Of a stretch of 64,000 nucleotides of DNA, positions 36,241-48,700 are shown piece by piece. The stretch comes from Strigamia acuminata (taxonomy: Eukaryota), in the NCBI GenBank assembly GCA_949358305.1, contig OX442314.1:30380001-30444000 (forward strand), written 5' to 3'. Each line of letters begins with the position of its first letter. Position 1 is the first letter of the stretch. A program made the position numbers and the translations under genes. The notes beneath the pieces are model-generated. The model worked only from the letters and a program-made list of their open reading frames with translations. It ran no database searches and had not been told where the DNA came from.

Positions 36241-39200
36241 ATGGATGAAAATATTTTTACTTGCTTTTTTAATTATTACCAATACTGGCTACCGCTAGCT
36301 GTCATTGGACTAGTGTCATTGTGGTACATGTAAGTACTGAAACAAATATTTACAGACGTAATATTTTAATCATTACCTAATTATACGGTTATAGTAATAA
36401 AAACATCATGGTTTTTTTCATTGTAACTTAAAAAGTAAGAATGCAATCTGAAAAATGCCAAGTGTAAAGTTGTAGAACAACATTTGTTTAATCAGAAACT
36501 GTTAAAATCAGTTATTTTTCATACAAAATTATTGAAAAAAACGCATTTAAAGTCTTCATTTTTCTGAAATTTTAGACTTGTTTTTCTTTTGCTATCGTTT
36601 GTTACCCTTTGCTCAAATTTTTATCTTGTTGACACAGTGACAGTGACTGTGCAGATAAATGTAAGATTAACAATAACAACAAATGATATCATGCTATAAT
36701 TATAGATTTATTTATTTATATCCAGAAAATTAGTTTTACGAAAAAAACAAATATACAGTGCGTAACACACTAATAATATCACTAACGTTAATCTCAATTA
36801 TTGATAATTTTAACAGATATCTTACGTGGGATTTTGATTATTGGAAAAAGCAAGGTGTACCTGGTGAAAACCCTCGTCTATTCATGGGAACATTGAAACC
36901 GACATGGAAATACGTAAATCTGTAAATAGATTTCTCCCAATTATCATACAATCACATTGTATAAATTTTTAGGGTTTTGAAGAACAAGACGTAGCAGCAA
37001 TGAAAAAATTTGGAACTGTACATGGGTAAACTATCATAAATGTCCACAAAGTCTCCACAATTTATTTGCATCAATATTTCAGAGGATTTGTTGGTAGTTC
37101 GCCCGTGTTATTTGTATCTGATCCTGAGCTGCTGAGACAAATTTTGGTGAAAGATTTTGCAGTATTTACAAATAGAAGAACATTTGAAGCATTGTTGATG
37201 GATAAGGAAGAAATCGTTGGGAATATGTTGTCGATAATGAAAGATGACAAATGGAAAACGTTGCGAAACACACTCACTCCAACATTTACATCCGGAAAGC
37301 TCAAACAGGTGATTCTACTAATGCTATTGGTGAAAAAAAGGTTAATTCTTTTATTAACGCAGATGGTTGGTTTGATAGAAGAATGTATGAAAAATTTAAC
37401 AAACTCTTTAACAGCTCCGGCTGAAAATGGAGAACCGATTGAATTTACTAAGTAAGTTAAGTTTCATCGCCCAAGCAGTACAGAAATAAAAAATAAAAAA
37501 AACGATATCTATTGAGAGTTCATGTGGATTTTATGTGTATTGACACCACAAGCTCGCAGGGAAATTAACTCCCAAGAAAACATTGCAATAGGACTGCATT
37601 CTGGTGAGAATGTGATTCCGTACTTTCAAATTTTCCCTGGAAACGGTTGGATAACAATGTACACATCAGCCATATTGTTGGTTGTAGGTAAGTAAGCAGA
37701 CAACATCAAGGGAAAACTGTGTTGGAGTGTTTATTTATGGGGGACAAACACTTCAATATTTTTTCAAAGATATCGATTCTTCAAATTCTATATTTGAATA
37801 CCTGATTTTTGAATATTGGTCTGATATTGCAGCTGCGGAGATATACAGGGTGAACAAAAAGTCTGTCACTTCACTAAATATTTCTGAAAGTGCTGACAAT
37901 GCATCTAATCTAATGATGGCAAAGTAGTAAAGTTGGGTGGGGCAATCTTTTGGTGACCCGAAATTTTACCTTGGGATGTTTCTTCAAGGTCATTGGGAAA
38001 TTATCTTGGAAACCGTTAGAGATAGACAGAAATTTCCAATTGTAAACTTGTAGAGCAACATTTATTCGTCTAAAAATGACCACTCCTCAAATCTTTTGTA
38101 CTAAAAAATTTTAAGAAAATTGCAATTTTCTAAAGTAGACACAAAAGTCAAAGGCTAACATGGCCAAAATTGAAAAAGTGCCAAAAACGTGCTGATTAGA
38201 CGTAAAATGACCCAAAAATTAGATTTCCCTGGTTGGAATCTGCATATCTGGCACCGTTGCAGAGATATGGGCAGAAAACTGAATTTTTTTTTATTACTTT
38301 TCCTTTTCAAAAATGGTTTTCGAGATAATTTTCCAATGACATTGAAGGAACATCCCAAGATCAAATTTCGGGTCACCAAAAGATTGCCTCACCCAACTTT
38401 AATACTTTGCCATCATTAGATTAGATGCATTGTCAGCACTTTCAGAAGTATTTAGTGAAGTGACAGACTTTTTGTTCACCCTGTAGATGTAGGTGTGGTT
38501 TATTTATTTAAGTACGGTATTTATTTTTAGGAAATTTCCTCTGTTGATTTTGGATATAATTGCGAGTGTTGCATTTGGAATGAAAATTAATTGCATTGAC
38601 AACCCTGACACTGAGTTTGTGGTTAAAATGCATAAAGCTTTCCGAGCAAATGTTACACTCATATATTTTCGGCGTAAGTAAAACAGTAATAGTTAATTTT
38701 TCTTTAAATTTTTAATAAACGTGTCAATAATGCATCATTTTTTATAGTTATAATTCCCTTTGCTGTCAAATGGTTGTCAAATCGTGCATCGAATCCGTTC
38801 AGTTACTTTGCCAAAATGGCAAACCAAACGATTGACATGAGACTTAAAAACAAAGATGTATTACCAGAAAAAAAAAATTGACTATACTCTTTCCACACTC
38901 AAGAGGAGCCCTGGAAGCTGGGCTCCCATTGGCCTACTTAGAACTGCAATGCAACTACTGCTACACTAGTGAAATAGCTCGGCCAATGGGAGCCCAGCTT
39001 CCAGGGCTCCTCTTGAGTGTGGAAAGAGTATATATCACATAGGCATAATATGTTCTAAACATCTTTTCTTTTTTATTTGGCTAGTTTACGAGAAAAGACT
39101 TCCTTCAAATTATGCTAGAAGCTGAAATACTAAATGATAAAACGAAAGAAAACTACAAAAAAAGTACAGTATAAATTCCTCGAACAAGTGCTATTTCATC

Positions 39201-40444
39201 CTACACGATGTGATGATCCGGAACTTGTCTCTGTGGGTTCTTCGAGGTTAATGAAAAACAAGTCAAAATAATTTGAAGACTCCTTTTCCCTTGGGCACAA
39301 ATACTTTCTGATCTTTACTCGACCAAAAACAAGCAGCAACTGTACAAATGCATTATTTCAATTCAAAATGTAAACTCGAGGCAGAAAAAGAAGAATACGG
39401 TACATCTGATGCACACAACACAGCTAAAAATAAGCACATTTCAAATAACAAAATTTAACACTGAGATACTATGACTAAATTTTTATATAAAAATGTTAAT
39501 TACAATCTATTTGATGTTGTACAGCACTCACAAGGGAGGTGGTTGTAGCACAATCTATATTCTTCTTATTGGCTGGTCACGAAACAACTGCAACTACACT
39601 AACTTTCATGGCTTACGAACTCGCTCGAAACCAGGACATCCAGGAGAAACTTATAAAAGAGGTGGATGATGTCATGACAGATACTAAGGTACTAAATTTA
39701 CATCTACCACACCTCGTTTCAAATTTGTCAAGTTTAAAAATAAAACTCTTATCAGGGTAAACTTACCTACGACGGAGTTGCATCGATGCAATACTTGGCC
39801 ATGGTTACGTCTGAAACTCTACGAAAATATCCTCCTGCTGTTTGGTAAAATAATTCATTCATACATTAATTCCATAAACATTTTCTACAAATAAATTACT
39901 TGATTTTTTTCAGGATTGACCGAGTGTGTTCCGAAGAGGAATACAAGTTAAATGGAATTACTATAAGAAAAGGAATGCAGATAACAGTTCCTGTTTACGC
40001 CATGCAACACAATCCCGAATTTTATCCTAATCCAAATGTTTTTGATCCAGAAAGGTCATTTTACTTCAATTTTGAACCAATTATAAGAAAAGTTATATTT
40101 ATAAATGAAAAACATCCAATCAGATTTTCGCCAGAAATGAAGGCCCAACGAAATCCATTCACTTATCTTCCATTTGGAGCGGGTCCTAGAAATTGCATTG
40201 CAGAGAGATTTGCATTATTTGAAATTAAACTGGCCATGGTGCACATGCTTTACAATTACCGTTTTCAAACTTGTCGAGAAACTGAGGTATATACGTGTAA
40301 GATGAATATCGAACAAAAATTCATTTTAATATCTTGTAGTGTCCCTTAAGAATGGATAAAGGAACCATCTTAGTGCAACCATTATCGGTGAAACTTGTAT
40401 TGCAGAAGAGAGTGGACCAACCACATTTTGACGAAACCAATTGA
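36241..40444 (+). CDS. Cytochrome P450, CYP3 clan, copy 1 (13 exons)
   Basis: N-terminal anchor exon, GVPG, WKTLR, AGHETT, ETLR, PERF, PFGAGPRNCIA heme motif; GT-AG introns. Confidence 0.92.
37846..38483. mobile_element. Tc1/mariner-type MITE in CYP copy 1 intron
   Basis: TA|CAGGGTGAACAAAAAG...CTTTTTGTTCACCCTG|TA with long (about 170 bp) imperfect TIRs. Confidence 0.85.
38885..39030. mobile_element. Small MITE with about 50-bp TIRs
   Basis: TACTCTTTCCACACTCAAGAGGAGCCCTGG... and its reverse complement; TA on both sides. Confidence 0.85.
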
Positions 40445-40944
40445 TCTTTCGCATTTGTTAATAAAAATGCAATTTAATTTTAATTTTAAAGAAAATAATT
40501 ATTTGTTCCGGAGATGTTAAATTTTGTTCGCTGATAAAAAGATTTGTCCAGATTTGGTTTATGATGGAAATGTAAGAATAAGATACTCAATTTTATTCAC
40601 ACGTTTTTATTATTCCACATTCTTTTTTGTTTTGCCAAAACCTGTTTTCATTCAAACAAGCATTGGGTCTGGTCAGTATTTGGTTGGGAAACCTAATGGG
40701 AATCCCCGTTAGGTTTTTAATGGACTATAGGGTCTTGACAGCTGCCATTTCGCTGGTAACCCCTCGCAATATGTTTGCTGTCGGTATTTCTGTTGCCTAG
40801 AAGTCAGTGATTCTAATGTTCCATGTCAATTCTATCTTATTTCTATCAGAAATTTATAAAGAAAATATTACAAGTTTTAAACATTGCACATCACGCGCAT
40901 ACACACTTAGGAACTCACGGACTTACCTGAGGAGAAGACAAAGA

Positions 40945-41075
40945 TTGGGTGTAAGTGGGTCTTCTTCTACATCAAGAGGCACGCGGACGGTATGGTCGAA
41001 CGCTACAAAGAGAAACTCGTGGCCAAGAGCTTCACTCAGCGATTCGGCGAGGACTACACAGAGACTTCACCTGGC
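40945..41075 (+). pseudogene. Ty1/copia reverse transcriptase relic
   Basis: Translates KWVFFYIKRHADGMVERYKEKLVAKSFTQRFGEDYTET, matching the copia KWVF..K...DG...RYKARLVAKGF.Q..G.DY.ET motif. Confidence 0.75.
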
Positions 41076-42221
41076 TGGCGTCTCTTTTCGACGGCGTTGG
41101 CAAGTCTGTCTTCAGGCGGCGGCGGAAACAACGGGTGTTCGGTCCGTTGCTCGTCGACTTCGTCGTCCGGGAGGGATTCACTTGATGCGGATTGGCATCA
41201 AGTAAATCAGTTGAAACTTTACAATCTCACTTGTCACGGACAAAACAGTGTTATGACTCATAACCCCGACACAGCTTTGTTCCCTCATAACTTATGAAGG
41301 AACAAAGCTGTGTCGGGGTGCGGTGTCGAACTAGTTAAAACTCTGTCTACTTCAGAAGAATGACTGTAGTTCCAGATAAAAGTCAGGAAGGTGAAGAATT
41401 TCTAGGAGAACCGAAACGACCACAAAGGGGCGATCCATTTAAAACGGCACGCTAAAATCGGCTTTTTTTAGGTTAGGCCCCAAATCTTAAAACGGCAGTT
41501 CTCGCCACGAATGCAGCGGTGGGTCTTTAAAGACTCCCACGGATCGTGGCTTGCATGGCCTTATTCAGTCTAAGGGATCGTGACCAAGCTAATTGTCAGA
41601 AATACAAAGTAGTAATCAAACAAGAACCAAAACCAAACGTGTAAGACCATCCAGTATCCCTGGTGGAATCAAATCTTTGATTTTCGTTTGGGTTTGTTCT
41701 TCCACCCACCTATGTATTAATTTCTAATCGAATTTTTAATTTTAAAGATTGACTTAACCCGAGTCGTAGCGCCATCTACTGTCAAACCTCCAATTACGTC
41801 GAGTGAATGCATCTCGGCTTTCACTCGTCCCGCCTGAGATTACAATTGCTACAACTGCGCCAACTAGCGACAAATTATGACATCACTGCCTGTTATGATT
41901 CGGTTAATAATAATCATTAATCCTAATAAACATGTAAATGATCGCATATTTTTATTGTGACTCGTGTGAAAACAGAAATAATATTACACAATGTATTGAC
42001 AACTAACAATATATGCAAAAATGTAAAAATGTAAAAAGACAATATTGATAGAACACGAGCAATTCAAAAAGAAGGGACATGATGAACATTTGGTGAAAAG
42101 CTACATTATTATCGTACGAGTTGCAACTTTGACTAACGCCTGGAGATTAAAAGCAACATTTATCTATTGAAATCAATTCGTGAGTCATTACTGGAGATCT
42201 GACAGTGCCCACACCTCAAAC

Positions 42222-43607
42222 ATGGCAGAGGATTCCGACGATTCGAACGTCCGTATATTAACCCAAAAAGGGCTGGAATTCACCTGGGATCTTTACCGGG
42301 TAAAGTCACAACCCACGAAGAGTGTGTAAAACCCAAAAGTATAAATCTACTAATTCTCTTTTGTTTTACTTTTTCAGCAAATTGTAGCTGAAAATGATAA
42401 AAATTTATTTATCAGTCCACTCAGCATTAGTGTGGCGCTAGCTATGACTCTAGCTGGCGCCAAAGAAAACACTGCAAAACAGATGAAAGATGTCCTCAAG
42501 TTGGGATTAACATTCACCATCGATTCAGCCATTCACGAAGCATTCCATGAAATTATTGATTCTCTTCTGGGCTCACAGGATTCTGCAATAAAATTACACA
42601 TTGCTAATCGCATGTACGTCCACAACAATGCAAACATTTTGGCAGACTTCAGAGGCGTATTGGAAGAACATTACAATACTTCATCGACTGTCGTTGATTT
42701 CGCTGAAAAAATTCGATTAGAGATTAATGAGTGGGTGGAAGAACAAACCCAAACGAAAATCAAAGATTTGATTCCACCAGGGATACTGGATGGTCTTACA
42801 CGTTTGGTTTTGGTGAACGCGATCTACTTTAAAGGCAATTGGCTCCAGCAATTTGAACCTGATCGCACGAATGCTCAGAATTTCTACCTGAATGTTAACA
42901 AGGCAGTAATGACGGATTTCATGCACATAACGTCTTACTTTAGATACTGGGAGGCCCATACTCTACACTGTAGAATAATCGAATTACCATATTTGGGAGA
43001 AAGCTTTAGCATGTTTCTCATCCTTCCACATGCCATTAATGGGTTAAAGGCATTGGAAGAAACGCTTACCGTTTCAGATTTGGAACGTTTAATGAATATT
43101 AGATATAGGTACCACGATGAAGTAATTTTGACATTACCGAAATTTAAAATAGAATCCTCATTATCTCTCAAAGATATTTTGAGTAGTATGGGTATGGGTG
43201 ATCTATTCGATGAAAACAGGGCGAATTTATCGGGAATTACGGGCAAAAAAGATTTGTTTGTTTCTGCCGTTTTGCACAAAGCTTTTCTTGAAGTGAACGA
43301 GGAAGGAAGCGAGGCGGCCGCAGCAACACCTACGATGATTTTGGAAGATTGGTCGGAAAGTGAATTTAGAGCAGACCATCCTTTCCTCCTATTCATCAAA
43401 GATAATCGAAGTGGCGCTATCGTGTTCTGGGGACGGCTGGTTAATCCCAACCCAAGCGCTGCTGTGCAAGAAGTGCATGCCTACACCTCAAACATGGCAG
43501 AGGATTCCGACGATTCCGAGGATTCTAACGTCCGTATTAATAGACGGACGTTGGACTCCTCGGAATCGTCGGAATCCCAAAAAGGGCTTGAATTCACCTC
43601 GGATTGA
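42222..43607 (+). CDS. Serpin, intracellular type, 2 exons (42222-42299, 42378-43607), about 435 aa
   Basis: Exon 1 MAEDSDD...EFTWDLYR spliced in phase 0 to QIVAENDKNLFISPLSI; LVLVNAIYFKGNW, hinge EEGSEAAAAT, FRADHPF; no signal peptide. Confidence 0.92.
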
Positions 43608-43643
43608 AGTGCATGCTTAATTGTAAATATTAAGTTGCCACTA

Positions 43644-44068
43644 TACTCGAGTTGCACTCAAAAAGGCACCTCACAATGTGTACTCCCATTGGTCGAGCCA
43701 GTTTACTACTAACTCCAGACTGTATACTACTACTAGGAGAAGTAGTTTTGTTTTTTATTTATTGTTGTGATTGTAATGACTAGTTTAGTTAATGTTATTT
43801 TGATTTTATTTAATAAAAAATGTTATTTCCATCATTAAAATGAAGTTTCACACATTAAAAAATGTCAAACTCATGTTTGTTGTGTTTATTGCTTACATAG
43901 TCTGGAAGTTTGAATTTTAGGCCGTTGCCCAGGCAATCGATTGCAATGTCTGTACATTGTAATGCAAGTCTGGTGTTTGGGTCTACTTTTCCGGATCACT
44001 ACACCAGTAAACTGACTCGACCAATGGGAGTACACATTGTGAGGTGCCTTTTTGAGTGCAACTCAGTG
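43644..44068. mobile_element. MITE with about 60-bp TIRs downstream of the serpin
   Basis: GAGTTGCACTCAAAAAGGCACCTCACAATGTGTACTCCCATTGGTCGAG and its reverse complement; TA flanks. Confidence 0.8.
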
Positions 44069-44630
44069 TAGTTGAAACTATAATGAAAAATTAAATAGTT
44101 GAAAAATGTTCTAGTTAAAAAAGTAAAACCTATTGAAGCTAGTCACAAATTGTATAAATTATTGAATAAAAAAATTAAATTTCAAGCAAACTAAATTTTT
44201 TGTTTTATATTAACACAATTTCAAAACTTTAGATCACCTAAAACTGAGCTCGTTGCTGTGGCAACAGACTACCTTTCTCATTTTTGGTATTCTTGCTCAA
44301 ATGGAATTCTATTTTGTAGTCAGTTAACAAAAATTTACCCGCAATATTTATAAAGGTATTTGAGAAGTTTTAATAAATTTATATGAAAATTGTTTTTATG
44401 TTATTTACAATGCTTGAGTAATACAACCACAGATCAGTCGTCTCACTTATCGGAAACGAAGTATGGTAAATCTCAATCTAAAGTTGCCTAATAGATTACA
44501 GTTTAATTTTATTCTTTATTATTTTTATTTAGAGATAAATAAACGCGAAAATTTGCTATACGATGTGGAGCGTAGAGTACTCTATGATGTGGAGTAAGAA
44601 TGCGAATTAAACCCGGAGTAGTCGTCCTTG

Positions 44631-44687
44631 CTGTAGTGGACATTAGTAGTCATCCATAGGTCGCTGGTTCAAATCCGGCCATAAGGA
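44631..44687 (+). pseudogene. tRNA-Tyr 3'-half copy (part of an inverted duplication)
   Basis: CTGTAG-intron-ATCCATAGGTCGCTGGTTCAAATCCGGC present, but no D-arm or 5' acceptor strand. Confidence 0.8.
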
Positions 44688-45083
44688 ATTTTTTTTTTTA
44701 TTAATTTTTTTATCTCTATTTACTTTTTTTTTTTAAAAAATAGCGATTGGTTACCGTATATCTATATTTTGTTTCTGTTGTCCGAACATTTCACAAGAAA
44801 ACAAACTTTTATTTGTTTTGTTTAGCTACTTCTTTAATGTAGGTCATTCAACTTACACCTCACAGGTCAGTAAACTGCACCAATTTACTTGACTAAATCA
44901 ACATTTTTAGAGTTAATTTAACTCAAGTCTCTTACGTGACCGTCGATAGCTCAGTTATTTCATACAAATAAAAGTTTGTTTTCTTGTGAAACGTTCGGAC
45001 AATAGAAACAAAATAAAACCAATCGTTTATTTTTAAAAATAAAATAGAATAAATAGAGATAAAAAATTAATAAAAAATACGAT

Positions 45084-45168
45084 TCCGTCGAGCCGGATTT
45101 GAACCAGCGACCTATGGATGACTAATGTCCACTACAGTCCACCGCTCTACCAACTGAGCTATCGACGG
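45084..45168 (-). tRNA. tRNA-Tyr(GTA) with 12-nt intron
   Basis: CCGTCGATAGCTCAGTTGGTAGAGCGGTGGACTGTAG[TGGACATTAGTC]ATCCATAGGTCGCTGGTTCAAATCCGGCTCGACGGA; full cloverleaf, A/B boxes, T-run downstream. Confidence 0.97.
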
Positions 45169-45707
45169 TTGATATTATTATAACCTTTATAAACGATTAA
45201 TTAGTATCTTAAAAATTGATTACTTTTAATAATTAGAAAAAAATCATCAGAACGTTGTGGTGTAACTGTCCTGTAACTGTCTAATCTCTGTTGCATTTGG
45301 CAGTAAAATAATGTTTACTAACAAAACAAGACCGTTACTGGAAAAAACAAAATATACATTTCGTAGACGAAAGAGTTGAGACAAAAATTACCAGAAAAAT
45401 GAGTTTACTCATCTAAAATTTACTGGAATTACAATCCAAATGTGCAAAACATTGAGACATAATTTATTTACTAGTACGTTTGTAATGTGACATTTTACAC
45501 GCTCATAAAAAATTGAGTACAGGGTTCAGTTTTGTCTCTGATTGCCTGTACTCGAGATGAAATAATGAATCTATTGTCACTAGATGCCGCTAGTGCGACA
45601 ACATACGAATAAATACTTATATCAGTGTCAGTCACTTTTAAAACTGTTTTTATACAAGAACAAGACCAACGTGAACTTGAGCTTTTCATCAATTCCGTAA
45701 CAAAAAA

Positions 45708-48700
45708 ATGGATGATTCCATTATTTTCACTTATTTCTTTAATTATTATCATTTCTTGCTGTCGCTTGCAGTGGTGTCATTGTGGTATAAGTAAGTACTA
45801 AAACACTTTTAATTACAACGAAAGTCATCTGAAGTTAAATGTCTGTATTAAAAAATGGAAAACAAATCAGCAAAATGAAATTTTTTCTTTTTATAAAAAT
45901 AAAATAATTTAGGCTTTAAAAAAAAACAGTAGTTTTTCTTGTTTACTTGCATAATAATGCAAATTTGAATACATTTATTGAAGAAATTCAGTACTTTTGC
46001 AGTAGAAATTTAAGTTTTGCCACAATTGCTGGCTTTACTTCAGATGATTTGTTTTCTTTTTAAAAAGAAAACATCTAACTTAAGTTGATTAAGATAAGTT
46101 GCACAGTACTAAGTCCATGGTGCTCTACGACTTAGCAATTGTAAATATTGCTGTATCTTAAACGGTTTAAAAGTTAAAAAGTGAATGACCTTGAAGATGA
46201 CCTTACGGATTAAATTTAAGGTCACCACTGGGTAGCCCAGCATCAACTTCCTACATGACCACATCAATAGAAGTGATATATCTTCAGTTATTTTCAAGAA
46301 AAAAAGGTGTTTCCAGACTTTTGAATTAACCTGTAGTATAGGTATATGAATAGAATTTTCCCTAAGGTAGTTAATTTTATTCATACACTTTCCAATTCCC
46401 AATTTCAAATGCAAAAAAGGAGGTTTTAATCAATCAATTTAAGAGGTACAAAATTGACCTTGGCCTCTGCATGGATAAAAAAAAGTAACAGTAATCATAC
46501 TTAATCATTCTTGTTAACATAATTTATCAAGAAAAATATTTAAAGTATCAATCTTTGCACACCGAGCACATAATTGTTACTTTGTCATATTTTTATCTTG
46601 ATGACATTGAATTGAATTTAATCTGACTGTGCAGATAAACCGGTGTCGTGTCCTCACCTGGTTAGTTCACTCTCTTGTAATCACTTCTCAGTAACAAATG
46701 ATCGAATTTGAATTGAATTTGATTGTTCAGATAACTCGTACAATACTAGATTTCAAGATTAAATAAGTGACATCGTGCTGTAATGAATGTACAAATTACT
46801 TTGTCACTATTCGAGAAGAAGAAGAAAGAGCGGGAAAACGAATTTGACTCGAATCGACTCTGAGAATGTCCCTCAAATTCTTGAAATCGGTTATAGAACA
46901 GCCGAATGCATAGAAATAACTTTTCCGATGTCGATCCCGGTGAACGCGCAACCCCTAGATAACCACAATAAAGATAAAGATATTCAATCTAAACTGTGTG
47001 TTTTCTGTGTTGTACTTAATCGTGAATGGTGTCCAAACGCCCCATGGTCCTCCCCTGGCCATGAGGCGACCGACCGCCACTCACAAAATACTGATGTTAG
47101 TTAAGTAATATTTTATTACGTGTCTATTTATTTAGGTCACATTTCTTGGATCACCACACTTTATATCGTTAATCTTAATCTGAATTAAATCCGATTACCG
47201 GTATACTTTAACAGATACTGTACGTGGGATTTTGATTATTGGGCAAAGCAAGGCGTACCTGGTGAAAGTCCTTATTTATTCATTGGAACATTGAAACCGA
47301 TATGGAAATACGTAAATCTATAAACCTATTTCACTCAATCATCACTCAATTATATATTTTTTTAAATTTTTTAGGCTCTTGAGGAACAAGACATGGCAGC
47401 AATGAAAAAATTTAGAAATATACATGGGTAAGCAGTTATAAATGTCGTCTGAATGTTCACAAAGTCCAAACAATTTATTTGCATCAATATTTCAGTGGAT
47501 TTGTTGGTGGTTTGCCTACTTTATCTGTATCTGATCCTGAGCTGTTGAGACAAATACTGGTGAAAGATTTTGCAGCATTTCCATTAAGAAGAACGTATGG
47601 GAACACAGAAGATGATGATCTTTTTGGGAATATGTTGTCGATGATGAGCGGTGATAAATGGAAAATGGTACGAAACACACTTAGTCCAACATTTACATCT
47701 GGCAAACTAAAACTGGTGATTATACTATTCATATTGATGGTAAAAGAAGATTAATCTTTTTAATACAGATGGTTGGTTTGGTAGAAGAATGTTTGCAAAA
47801 TTTAATGACATCGTTGAAAACTCCGGCTGAAAATGGAGAACCAATCGACTTTGCCAAGTATGTGAAATAATAGTTGTAACACACACAACACCTGACATCC
47901 AACCCAGGTAGCATTAAATATTGGCGCAACATTGGCCCAATATTTGCTAAAATATTGGGCCAATGTTGGGACACAATATTGGGCCAATGTCGGGATGTAA
48001 GAAAACGCCAGATTGGCCCAATATTGTTTCCCAATATTGGGCCAATAATCGTAACCAATATTGGGCCAATATTTTGAACCAATATTGGGCCAATCTGGCG
48101 TTTTCTTACATCCCGACATTGGCCCAATATTGTGTGCCAACATTGGGCCAATACTCGTAACCAATATTGGGCCAATATTTTGAACCAATATTGGGCCAAT
48201 CTGGCGTTTTCTTACATCCCGACATTGGCCCAATATTGTGTGCCAACATTGGGCCAATACTCATAACCAATATTGGGCCAATCTGGTGTTTTCTTACATC
48301 TTGACATTTATTGGACCAATATTGGTCTAATATTAAACAGGCCAATCGTGGACCATTATTTCTAATCATTTACAGAAAATATTAAAATTTTCAGTGTTTA
48401 TTAATGGCAAAAAAAAACAGTGAAAACCTTATATAAAATCCAATGAAAATTAATCCCATAAAAAATTTCTTAGAAATTTTATAGAAATCATCAGAAAAGG
48501 CCTTGTTAAAACTTTGTAAAAGTCAAACATTGGAGTATTCATCCACAGCTACAATATAAAAGTAAAGCAAAATCTGCAGAAGGCAGTTATACAAACTCGC
48601 ATCAATTGCGATGGTGTTCCAATCATTAGATGAATAATTAAAATAAAAAATTAAAGAATTTGGTACAACTTTTTATTTCATCTGACTCTAGCAATGATAA

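Noticed and set aside
44631..44956. Permuted or split tRNA gene (3' half before 5' piece)
   Set aside because: A T-run terminator separates the pieces, the 5' piece is only 17 nt and the acceptor strands do not pair; inverted duplication explains it.
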